The translations under genes and the position numbers were made by a program. Below are positions 28,901 to 36,162 of a DNA stretch of 64,000 bases, one piece after another. Within the stretch, counting starts at the first letter, position 1. Each line of letters starts with the position of its first letter. Source of the stretch: a virus. The notes under the pieces are model-generated. The model did not search any database. It was not told where the DNA came from and saw nothing but the letters and a program-made list of their open reading frames with translations. The stretch is from positions 32,001-96,000 of IMG/VR virus record IMGVR_UViG_3300029911_000010; one strand, given 5' to 3'.

Positions 28901-30915
28901 CTGCCGCCAATGATCGGGCTACGCACCAGGATGCGACCCAGACCACGGTGTTTGAGGTCGGCGGCGATCTTGGGCGTGATAACCGTGTTGCGTTTATACG
29001 GCCCCGTGTCCTTGGCCAGCAGCGCTCCTTCATTGTCCGGATCTTCGGTGTCGACCGGCATCCCCCGCATGTTATCGCGGTTGTCGCCTTGATTCTCGTG
29101 ATCATTGTCGACAACGACCAGCCGGTGAGCTACCTGGTTGAGCTGCTTAGAGTTCGAGACGATCGCCCCGTTGGCAAGGACGAACAGGTGGTCCGGGTGG
29201 TCTACTTCGATGTCGTAGGTTGGCACCACGCCGACGTACTCCTTCTCGACGTAGGAGTAAACAAAGTCGTCTTGACGGGTCTGCGGTTCCATCCCTTGCA
29301 GCAAATCAGCCAACACCTGGGCTTTGCGACCGGGCAGCGGGATGTATCGGGCGAACTTGAGGATCGAGTCGCGGTTGTTGATGACGATGCACCACCCGTC
29401 ATGGTTTCCCTTTTCGGCGACATCGACCCGTCGTATCGGACAGGAGTGGATGCCGAACCGTAGGGCCAATAGATCGCGGACGGTATAGACCATGATCTCT
29501 GACGTCATCGTGAGGATGATCGCGGGGACCGTCGAGTTATTGGTCAGCGTGACGCATCCGTCCGATTCATAGACGCCAGCGATCATCGCCGCGACGGATG
29601 GGTTGTCCCATCGGTACGCCTCGGACGGGACGCACTTCTCGTGGGCGAACTTGCCGAGCACACCCAGTTTCCGCAACCAAGTTCGCAGCCGGTTCCGCTG
29701 TCCGTGCCCGGTACGTTGCCGATCTAGGACGGCGTATTCGTAGGGGTGGCCTTCGCCTCGCCATCGCAGTTCCAAACCCAAGGTGATCAAGTAATCGCGT
29801 AGGTAGTCGACGAGGACCTGATCGGCGGTCGACAGGTAGACCGTACTGCCCGTCAGGCCACCGTCCCCTAGCAATAAGCCCAGGAGCAATGCGCGAGGCT
29901 CGGACGAGCCTATGGCCCGGTCGTAACCGTCGGCAAGTCCTTGGATCGGAGTCAGGCGGAATCCGAATCCGGCCCGGCTCAAGGGTAGCTGCGTCGGCGT
30001 GAGAATCGAGTTCTTGTCACCATGTGTCGTGCCGGCCCGACCACGCCGCATTGTCGCCAAGACCTTATGGTTTTCGGTTGCCTCGACTGTGATAAATGAG
30101 TCACGGGCCTTGCCAACGCGGAAGCGATAACGCCACACGTCCTTCGGCCCGTTGTCGAATGCGGCTGTGACCTTGACGGGGAACGTATGACCGGAGGCAT
30201 CGGCCCCCAAGACGAAATCACCTGATTTGAGCTGCTCAATGTTACAGGACTCGCCATACGGTAGTCGCACCTGTGTGCCACGGGCCAAACACAGAAAGCC
30301 CGCGTCCTGGGTGGCAAACTTGACGTCTATGACGCCCTTACGGGCACCGTAGGAGCCGGCCCAGTATTCCCAGGGGCGAAGACCCTCGCTGTAGCTCCGC
30401 ATGACCGGCACCGGAATGACGTTGCCCCGGTGATCGGCGTAAAGCATATCCGAGCCCAGGAGGCTGGACAGGTTCATCTTGTTGCCCCGGCCAGCGCCGG
30501 CCAGCTGGTGAGCCAGGGGATTGTCGTTGGCCTTGGCTTCGTTGAAGACGGCTTCCTGCTGCTCTTTCTGTCTGTCGCCGACCGTGCGGATCAACAACTG
30601 CTCACGCTTGTTATCGTCCAGCGTGTCGTCGTCTAGAATGCGATGGATCTTGGGTTCAATCTGATTGCGAAAGTCGGTTGATGCCTGGCTCTTGCGCAGA
30701 TGCCTGAGACCAAACGAAAAGCCTCCCGTATCCTGGGCCACCTGCCGGCCGATGTTGGCAATCTTGTGGGAGATATCGCGATAGCGGTCCGGGTACCGGC
30801 GGGCTACGTCGCCAAGAAGCTTGCCCAGCGATTTTTTATCCAAGGTGCGATCGTAGTCTCGCATGTCCTCGGGAAGGGCATCGTTGACCAGAAGTTGTCC
30901 CAGGGTCGTCTGCAC
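25948..30915 (-). CDS. rpoC: RNA polymerase beta' C-terminal part with intein and long C-terminal extension
   Basis: GAGRGNKMNL, SYSEGL, GARKGVID..ATQDAGFL/SKQL (bridge helix), VRSPI, GLAAVQAFSEPLSQAQLSSKHTGG (trigger loop), VEAGDVISEG, HRRNVELL. Confidence 0.9.
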   Translation of the reverse strand: MQTTLGQLLVNDALPEDMRDYDRTLDKKSLGKLLGDVARRYPDRYRDISHKIANIGRQVAQDTGGFSFGLRHLRKSQASTDFRNQIEPKIHRILDDDTLDDNKREQLLIRTVGDRQKEQQEAVFNEAKANDNPLAHQLAGAGRGNKMNLSSLLGSDMLYADHRGNVIPVPVMRSYSEGLRPWEYWAGSYGARKGVIDVKFATQDAGFLCLARGTQVRLPYGESCNIEQLKSGDFVLGADASGHTFPVKVTAAFDNGPKDVWRYRFRVGKARDSFITVEATENHKVLATMRRGRAGTTHGDKNSILTPTQLPLSRAGFGFRLTPIQGLADGYDRAIGSSEPRALLLGLLLGDGGLTGSTVYLSTADQVLVDYLRDYLITLGLELRWRGEGHPYEYAVLDRQRTGHGQRNRLRTWLRKLGVLGKFAHEKCVPSEAYRWDNPSVAAMIAGVYESDGCVTLTNNSTVPAIILTMTSEIMVYTVRDLLALRFGIHSCPIRRVDVAEKGNHDGWCIVINNRDSILKFARYIPLPGRKAQVLADLLQGMEPQTRQDDFVYSYVEKEYVGVVPTYDIEVDHPDHLFVLANGAIVSNSKQLNQVAHRLVVVDNDHENQGDNRDNMRGMPVDTEDPDNEGALLAKDTGPYKRNTVITPKIAADLKHRGLGRILVRSPIIGGSIEGGIYARDAGVRENGTLPGRGELPGLAAVQAFSEPLSQAQLSSKHTGGVAGEGKAVSGFDTISQMIQVPKVFKGGATHSEVDGPVGRSEDAPAGGKYAWIGGERHYVAAGHNLTVNPGDRVEAGDVISEGWPNPAKVVEHKGIGEGRRYFTKVFGDAMSNAGIKAHRRNVELLSRGLINHVRLTDEMGEYVPDDMVPYSTLEHIYEPRKDAQDVEPSLARDKYLEKPVLHYSIGTKIRPSVQKDLAEFGVKKVKVHDKPPPFKAEMVRGMANLAQDPDWMVRMYGSGLKGSLLDAAHRGAVSDEEGTSFVPSLAKAVDFGRQGLIHTPEAGLKVSAELSGGSGGSATDGSKPAGGSISAPTAPTAPASPLASAAPKPEPYKPQHFFDSYSPNSLMGGKMLGMEAPLINKLGPLAPAAIFGNLDYSALGSLTKGLFGGQQRETDGHLDNPERWLGSLAKQPSRPQLPPLSTSVAPASPTPPATPVPAVPAPQPAVVAPAAPAPTPAAPVMGPPAPAATTPSTPTPAAEESQPSPDTLKIMAEVTQQMKADPQIVAMDNQLNAAVAQRNQLIQQYNQSSGADYETRKQLWDQLTQTTNQAEQLLDLTKQTKSTKYDQLMRERGISDQRTSQMLHAGRMTLMAPVAVDAARLVAWNRMAAPAAAGAANTYRLGSNLARGTSGGYMPMSRFAWTGNATRNVEQFAKMTPFARGVSRTGAALNKLSPYIPWVMEGVNQINSTEGAVAANEEVNRSLIDPISDETWKDPSKFNWRDGMNLGMTGMTAAMPTTFIPARVFGDAGTDARVALNRGADYTGVSNWDGSIEGMPLRMGVNYAVGTGMQINDESKRMTPTRHSFNPVVEIPAGVKALANVTPTGTTGVKTIGGGLGEALFGGARRVTDRIQQDTAGGWSGGTDPRDMFASADHGAGQQAARKTLWDFDRFRVAKLEEQAAKTPGAWIDWTAQNSMGQQIGRVVRPNPAASNNP
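29152..30291 (-). mobile_element. Intein with LAGLIDADG endonuclease (380 aa) in beta' bridge helix
   Basis: CLARGTQV...LGLLLGDGG...VYESDG...YDIEV...VSN/S. Confidence 0.9.
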
Positions 30916-31002
30916 CGTTCATTGCCTACTCTGCAAAAATTGATTTGTAATAGGCGACCGCCGTCTGGAGTCCGGCGGCCGCCTCATGGATTCCCCCGCA
31001 AA

Positions 31003-32022
31003 TCATTTCTCGTCCATGTCATTGGACAAATCAGCCAACGGATCGTGCCGTTCAACCGCAACCGGCTCGGCGGATTCAGCTTTGGCGGCCGCCACCACCG
31101 GATCTTCGTCTGCCGCCGACTGCGTGGGCACCGTCTGCACCTGCACGGTTTCTTTCTTGCCCTTGGGCCGCTTGCCGCCCTTGCCGATCGGGCCGTGGGG
31201 CCTTTCGCCCTCCAAACCCATCGCGTTGTGGGCTGCCGTCACTACCGGGTCCAGTGACCGGCCCGTGCTGACCGGCACTGAGTCGTCTTCGGCCATCCCC
31301 TCACCGCCCTTGACGAAGGAGGAAAAGTCGCCCAGCTGCACTGCCGACGAATCGGGCTCTTCGACAATCGGGGGCGGCCGCACCTTGCCGAACATCTGCC
31401 GGGCCAGGTCGGCTCCGTCCTTAACCGCCGGCACCAGCTTGATGCGCTGGGCCTGCTCTTCGGTGGCCCGACTGCGAGCGATGCCCAAATCGATCGCCGC
31501 CTGAATGCGGCGCTCGCACTCAGGCGTGAACACTTCCACATAGATCGGATGCGTGCCGCCGTCTGCTAAGGCCGCGAAGATCGCGTCAGCGGCTGCCGTA
31601 ACGCCGCTCTTATCCTTCACGCGGATCGGCGTGACCACGTCACCAGCCCCGGCAGCCTGGTATACCTGTCCGGCAATACGAGGATCGCGACGGGAGTCGG
31701 CCGGCACCAAGGTGCCATCCCGCATGCGCTTGAGGGGTTCCATGGGAACGTCCACCGGACCTTTGGGCTGCCCCATCTGGCTACGGGCCGAGCCTCCCGA
31801 GCGGTAATACTGATCCGTGTTGGTATCGCCGGCCAGCTGCACCGGCGTTCGGGCAGTCTGCAACGGACCACCGGGTCGACCACGTCGGGTCATGGCGTTT
31901 CGGTTGTTGATTGCCGACGCTCCTCGGGGAGCGTAGTAGGCGGCATCCGCCGTCATGTTCGGATTGCGGGGTGCCCCCGAGTCGGCGACTTGCACGACAG
32001 ATGGGGCTTGTTGCTTGGCCAT
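31003..32022 (-). CDS. Hypothetical protein, largely disordered
   Basis: TAAGGAG RBS, 339 aa. Confidence 0.75.
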   Translation of the reverse strand: MAKQQAPSVVQVADSGAPRNPNMTADAAYYAPRGASAINNRNAMTRRGRPGGPLQTARTPVQLAGDTNTDQYYRSGGSARSQMGQPKGPVDVPMEPLKRMRDGTLVPADSRRDPRIAGQVYQAAGAGDVVTPIRVKDKSGVTAAADAIFAALADGGTHPIYVEVFTPECERRIQAAIDLGIARSRATEEQAQRIKLVPAVKDGADLARQMFGKVRPPPIVEEPDSSAVQLGDFSSFVKGGEGMAEDDSVPVSTGRSLDPVVTAAHNAMGLEGERPHGPIGKGGKRPKGKKETVQVQTVPTQSAADEDPVVAAAKAESAEPVAVERHDPLADLSNDMDEK

Positions 32023-32033
32023 GAATGAACTCC

Positions 32034-32312
32034 TTAAAAACCGCCAGGCTTGCTGATCAGCGAAGCCCCGGATGGCGGCTGCGGCAGCGACAAGCGGTCA
32101 ACGATGACCTTGTGCCGTCCGTAACCTAGATTATGAAGCGTACGATTAAACTTTTCCTGGCCTTCACCGGCATGGCAGACGCTTATAGCGCCCTGCGTGC
32201 CGTACTCCGCTGCAACGACAATTGGCGTACCGTCGTCGTTGAACGCCAGGAACTGGGATGCGTCCAGCTCCAACGGAGGTTCACCGATTCTGGAAATGAC
32301 GTGCAGCTTCAT
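32034..32312 (-). CDS. Hypothetical protein
   Basis: ATG at 32312 just after upstream stop. Confidence 0.6.
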   Translation of the reverse strand: MKLHVISRIGEPPLELDASQFLAFNDDGTPIVVAAEYGTQGAISVCHAGEGQEKFNRTLHNLGYGRHKVIVDRLSLPQPPSGASLISKPGGF

Positions 32313-32314
32313 GC

Positions 32315-33028
32315 CTACGCCGCCGGCTTGGTGTTTCGAGCATTCCAAAAGGCACGAATAGCTGACGCCCGATTGCTGACCTGACCCAGCTTCTCGGTGT
32401 CAAACGCCTGACCTTCGGCCGCATAGGAAGCGCTCTTGCCGCCGGCCAGTTGTGGGCTTGCGCCCTGCATCGGCTGAATCGGCGAGATGGCACTGCCTGG
32501 GCCTGCGCCGCCAGCTCCGCCGGCCCCGCCAGCTGGACCACCAGCCGCGCCGGTCTGTTGCTGCATGCCGAAGTTGGTCAAATCGCTCTGGGTCGCCACC
32601 ATCTCACTGGCGGGGATCTGGACGCCCAGCGTGTCGGCGATCTTGGCCAGAATCTTGAGGATCTGCAACAATGTCACGTTGACGTCGATCTTGGGCTTGA
32701 TCGGCTCCATGCCGCCACCGCCGCCGCCCATGCCTCCTTGCGACTGGATCAGCTGCATGACCTGCTGGACGATTGCTCCCGTGTCGGGAGGCGGAGGCGG
32801 CGGAGGTGCCCCGCCACCACCACCGCCGGAGGGATCGCCGCCGGGAGGGGGAGCAGCGCCGGGAGGAGCGCCACCACCGCCACCGGGAGGAGCGCCAGCG
32901 CCGCCACCTGCCGCTGACGGGTCCATTGCCGGATCTCCGGCCGGGACAAACGCCTGCTTAGAAAAACCAGCCACAGCCTGAATGGCCATGGCGATTGCTT
33001 CGGGATTGACAAGATGCTGGTTGCTCAT
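32315..33028 (-). CDS. Gly/Pro-rich putative head protein (K-x-A motifs)
   Basis: SKQAF, GKSAS, PPPGGDPSGGG; start MSNQ at 33028. Confidence 0.7.
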   Translation of the reverse strand: MSNQHLVNPEAIAMAIQAVAGFSKQAFVPAGDPAMDPSAAGGGAGAPPGGGGGAPPGAAPPPGGDPSGGGGGGAPPPPPPPDTGAIVQQVMQLIQSQGGMGGGGGGMEPIKPKIDVNVTLLQILKILAKIADTLGVQIPASEMVATQSDLTNFGMQQQTGAAGGPAGGAGGAGGAGPGSAISPIQPMQGASPQLAGGKSASYAAEGQAFDTEKLGQVSNRASAIRAFWNARNTKPAA

Positions 33029-33030
33029 GA

Positions 33031-33099
33031 TTCGCTTCCTTGCGAAAGTTACCGTCCGTGGACGTATTTTAGTGTAACCGGCTCGGCGCAATCCGCCAA
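33031..33099 (-). promoter_or_regulatory. sigma70-like promoter plus two CsrA-type hairpins
   Basis: TTGGCG-17-TACACT (33071-33099); CC-ACGGAC-GG (33052-33061); TTCGC-AAGGAA-GCGAA (33031-33046). Confidence 0.65.
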
Positions 33100-33105
33100 G
33101 CTCGT

Positions 33106-36100
33106 CTATTTTTGCTCTTCCAGAATGTGAACGGCGTCGCCGATTTCGATCTCTTTATTCAACCACGAGGCGATTGCATCCGCCTTGGACCGAAACGTGC
33201 GCTCAGGCCGTTTGCTCTTGTTGGTGCTGGCTGCGTAAATCCCGCCGACATACTCCTGACTGGGCACATGCACCGGCGACTTGAAATCCGCCGGGCTCAA
33301 AAGCGAATGGCTGGGCAGCATCCGTTCCAGGGCTTCGACGCGGGCGGCTTCGTCGGTGGGAACGTGATACTGCATGGCGTCGCCGTCGAAGTCGGCGTTG
33401 AATCCCTTAACCACCAGCGGAGAGATCTGCAGTGTGCTGCCTTTAGTCAGCCTGGGGCGAAACGCCATGATGCCAAAACGATGCAGCACCGGAGCCCGGT
33501 TGATGATGACCGGGCGTTCGCCCATTTCTTCTTCCAACGCCTTGCGGGCCAGCTTTCCTTTGTCCTTAATCTCCTGTAACGCTGCCATCATCGGCATGCC
33601 CTGTCGTTTGAGCCGCCGCACGACGAACCGGCTGTAGACGTCAAAAGCCCGATCCTCGGGCAAGCCGACGCTGTCCATGTCCAGGTCCGGGTTGGGCGTT
33701 ATGACAGCCCGACCAACGTTGTCCACCGTGCTGGAAATCAACTTGCGCTGGACAGTGCCGAACTTGGGGCTGGAGCCGAAGATGCTTCTGAGAATGCCGT
33801 GAACTTCTTTGTCCCTGCTCTGCTGTGTAATCGGCTCCCCCAGACCGGTGACTGCCTTGAAGGCGTTATAGACAGCCAGCCGCTCAGCGCCGACACCTTC
33901 GTCGCCGAGCTGCTGCTTCATCTCGCCCAGATTCTTGTCAGCCTCGTGCAGTTCCTTGTAGAGAAAATTGGGATCGTCCACCAGCGGCACGTTGCTGCCG
34001 CTCATCAGACTGACGGGGCGAAACTGCGGCGGCAGCACCGGCACGCGGCTCATCATCCAGTCCTTGGGATGAATGCCCAGCCTCTTGGCGCTCTTGAGAT
34101 AGCCCAGCTTGCGAATCGCCGCGTCACGACTGGATTTGCTGCCGTGCTCGATCGTCGCCCTGACCTTGGCCAGCTCGCTGTCGACGTTGACCTTGCCCAG
34201 CGCCTTGGCGATAGCCGAAGGTCCGGTCCCGTAGTCGGGCAGGGTGTGCTTGCCCGCCAGCGTGTCCTCGAATTCATTGCCGGTCAAACCCAGCACACGG
34301 CGGATGGGTTCTTCCATCACCGGGTTGGGCATCGCCTCGCTAAGCGGAACGGCTGCCCATTTAGTACCGTGATGGCCGCCGGTCAGCTCTGAGTCGAACA
34401 AGCCGCCTTCGATCGGTTCCAGTCCCTTGTCGAAATGCACCGTGTCGCCGTGCTTGAGGTTACGATCGCCGGCCAGAGTGTCGACGTCCTTGTCGGTCAT
34501 CGCCATGACGTGCAGCTGCGAGCCGTCCCGCACGACGTTGATGCCGGAGGCTTTAAGCTGGGCGATGAACTTGTTGTACACCATCGGAACGCGGGGTTCC
34601 CTGGGCGTGAAGCCTTGCATGAACTGCAGCCAGTAGTCGTCGTTCTTCTGCCCGCGAATGGCCCCGGCGTCCCGCAGCACCTGTGTGGCCCCGTGGCTAA
34701 GCAATGCGTTGGAGTCCAGCAGGGAGATACGCTTAGAGCCTGTTTCGCCGCCTTTGGCCGGCGTCTCATCAGACGAGTAAGCGCCGCCGCCACGCCCCTG
34801 GCCTTTACTTTCGGCGGTGTGGTGCAGCTTCATGAAAAACCGGTTGCCGGTGTAGACTCCGTGGATCGCCTTGCCGCTCTTGGGATCGATTACGTCCTCG
34901 GTGTCGGGCAAGCCGTGCTGCTGCATCAGCTTTTCAACCCAGGCGATGCGATCGGGGATGTTCGGGTCCCAATCCTCCGCCTTGAACGATCGGCCGGTCT
35001 TGGCGGCAATGGCTCCCAGCTTGGCTTCCGCCCACTGAGCGGGGTTGGTGTTGCCGGCGATCAGCATTTTCCCGTTACGACGGGTGACGACGTACCCGGT
35101 CGGTACAGTGGGGCAGTACACCGTACCGTCGTATTGAACCTTCTTCCAATTCTGTGCCTCCAGTACCCGATGCTTTTTCAGGTAGATGGCCGTACGCCAC
35201 ATACTCGACGCAGGCTGCAACGCCACGTTAGACGATACGCCTTGATAAATCAGCAACCGTTGAAGATCCGCCGCAAGACGAGGCGACATCGTCCCTGCGC
35301 CAGTATAATCACGAGCACGCTCTGAGCTATCCTTGCAGCCGTCGCCGGCCAGGTAGCCATCAAGAAACCGCTGCCGCGTGGCTGGACTCTGCTTGAACAC
35401 CCACTCCGGGATGAACTTGTCGGCACACAGTCCCAGTCCGAGCGACTTGATATAGTCACACAGCCGTTTTGAGGTAACGTGGAATTGCGTGTTATCTTCG
35501 TTGTAGTTCCACGCGAACGGCAGCCGCTTCAACAACTTGACGATGTGCCGGCAGTTAGCTGCATTAGCCGAATGACTTTGGGAGACGTGGACCTTGTCGT
35601 CGACGTTGCCCTCAGCGACGTACCATCCCAGGAACTCGGCCCAATCGCCGGGGTCGATCTCGATCAGGCTCCGGTCACTGCGGCTGTCCTTAGTTTGTCG
35701 GTCAATCTGCGGCAGCACGAACGGCTCGTCCGTGCCTTTGACCGGATTACCGGCAACGGGGACAACCCAGTCGTGGAACGCTATGCGGGAAGCGGGCACC
35801 TCTTGCCATGTTGCTCCAGGGTAGCCGCACTTGGCCCACATACGGTGGTTCGGCGTGACACAGAAGTCCATCAGCTTGTTCTGAAAACGTAACATCGGCC
35901 CCTTGTACGGGGCGGCGTGGAACGCCTCCAATTGGTCCAACAGGTAAAGATTGCCAGTCGGCGTGTGATAGCACGCGAACCGATCTGCGGTCGTGACGTC
36001 TTTCCCGAACACCCAGCCTCGTTCGGTAAGGAACTCCGTTTGGTCGTCGTAGCACCTGCTAATCACACCTAAAGGATTTAACAGAACCTCGTACGGCTTG

Positions 36101-36162
36101 CCGCCATTGTCGTGTGGCATCTGGGCGTCGGGGATGATCGAGGAGACGACACCTTTATCACC
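33106..36162 (-). CDS. rpoBC: RNA polymerase beta C-terminus fused to beta' N-terminal part (in-frame continuation of 36163-39585; first ATG at 36120)
   Basis: GDKGVVS, NPLGVISR/TN, MKLHH, GSKRIS (beta) then GGLFD, PVLPPQFRP, GRAVI, NRAPVLHR, NADFDGD, PSQE (beta'). Confidence 0.9.
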   Translation of the reverse strand, partial: GDKGVVSSIIPDAQMPHDNGGKPYEVLLNPLGVISRCYDDQTEFLTERGWVFGKDVTTADRFACYHTPTGNLYLLDQLEAFHAAPYKGPMLRFQNKLMDFCVTPNHRMWAKCGYPGATWQEVPASRIAFHDWVVPVAGNPVKGTDEPFVLPQIDRQTKDSRSDRSLIEIDPGDWAEFLGWYVAEGNVDDKVHVSQSHSANAANCRHIVKLLKRLPFAWNYNEDNTQFHVTSKRLCDYIKSLGLGLCADKFIPEWVFKQSPATRQRFLDGYLAGDGCKDSSERARDYTGAGTMSPRLAADLQRLLIYQGVSSNVALQPASSMWRTAIYLKKHRVLEAQNWKKVQYDGTVYCPTVPTGYVVTRRNGKMLIAGNTNPAQWAEAKLGAIAAKTGRSFKAEDWDPNIPDRIAWVEKLMQQHGLPDTEDVIDPKSGKAIHGVYTGNRFFMKLHHTAESKGQGRGGGAYSSDETPAKGGETGSKRISLLDSNALLSHGATQVLRDAGAIRGQKNDDYWLQFMQGFTPREPRVPMVYNKFIAQLKASGINVVRDGSQLHVMAMTDKDVDTLAGDRNLKHGDTVHFDKGLEPIEGGLFDSELTGGHHGTKWAAVPLSEAMPNPVMEEPIRRVLGLTGNEFEDTLAGKHTLPDYGTGPSAIAKALGKVNVDSELAKVRATIEHGSKSSRDAAIRKLGYLKSAKRLGIHPKDWMMSRVPVLPPQFRPVSLMSGSNVPLVDDPNFLYKELHEADKNLGEMKQQLGDEGVGAERLAVYNAFKAVTGLGEPITQQSRDKEVHGILRSIFGSSPKFGTVQRKLISSTVDNVGRAVITPNPDLDMDSVGLPEDRAFDVYSRFVVRRLKRQGMPMMAALQEIKDKGKLARKALEEEMGERPVIINRAPVLHRFGIMAFRPRLTKGSTLQISPLVVKGFNADFDGDAMQYHVPTDEAARVEALERMLPSHSLLSPADFKSPVHVPSQEYVGGIYAASTNKSKRPERTFRSKADAIASWLNKEIEIGDAVHILEEQK
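35050..36054 (-). mobile_element. Intein with LAGLIDADG endonuclease (335 aa) in beta NPLGVxSR/xN motif
   Basis: CYDDQTEFLT...FLGWYVAEG...YLAGDG...VYCPTV...AGN/T. Confidence 0.9.
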
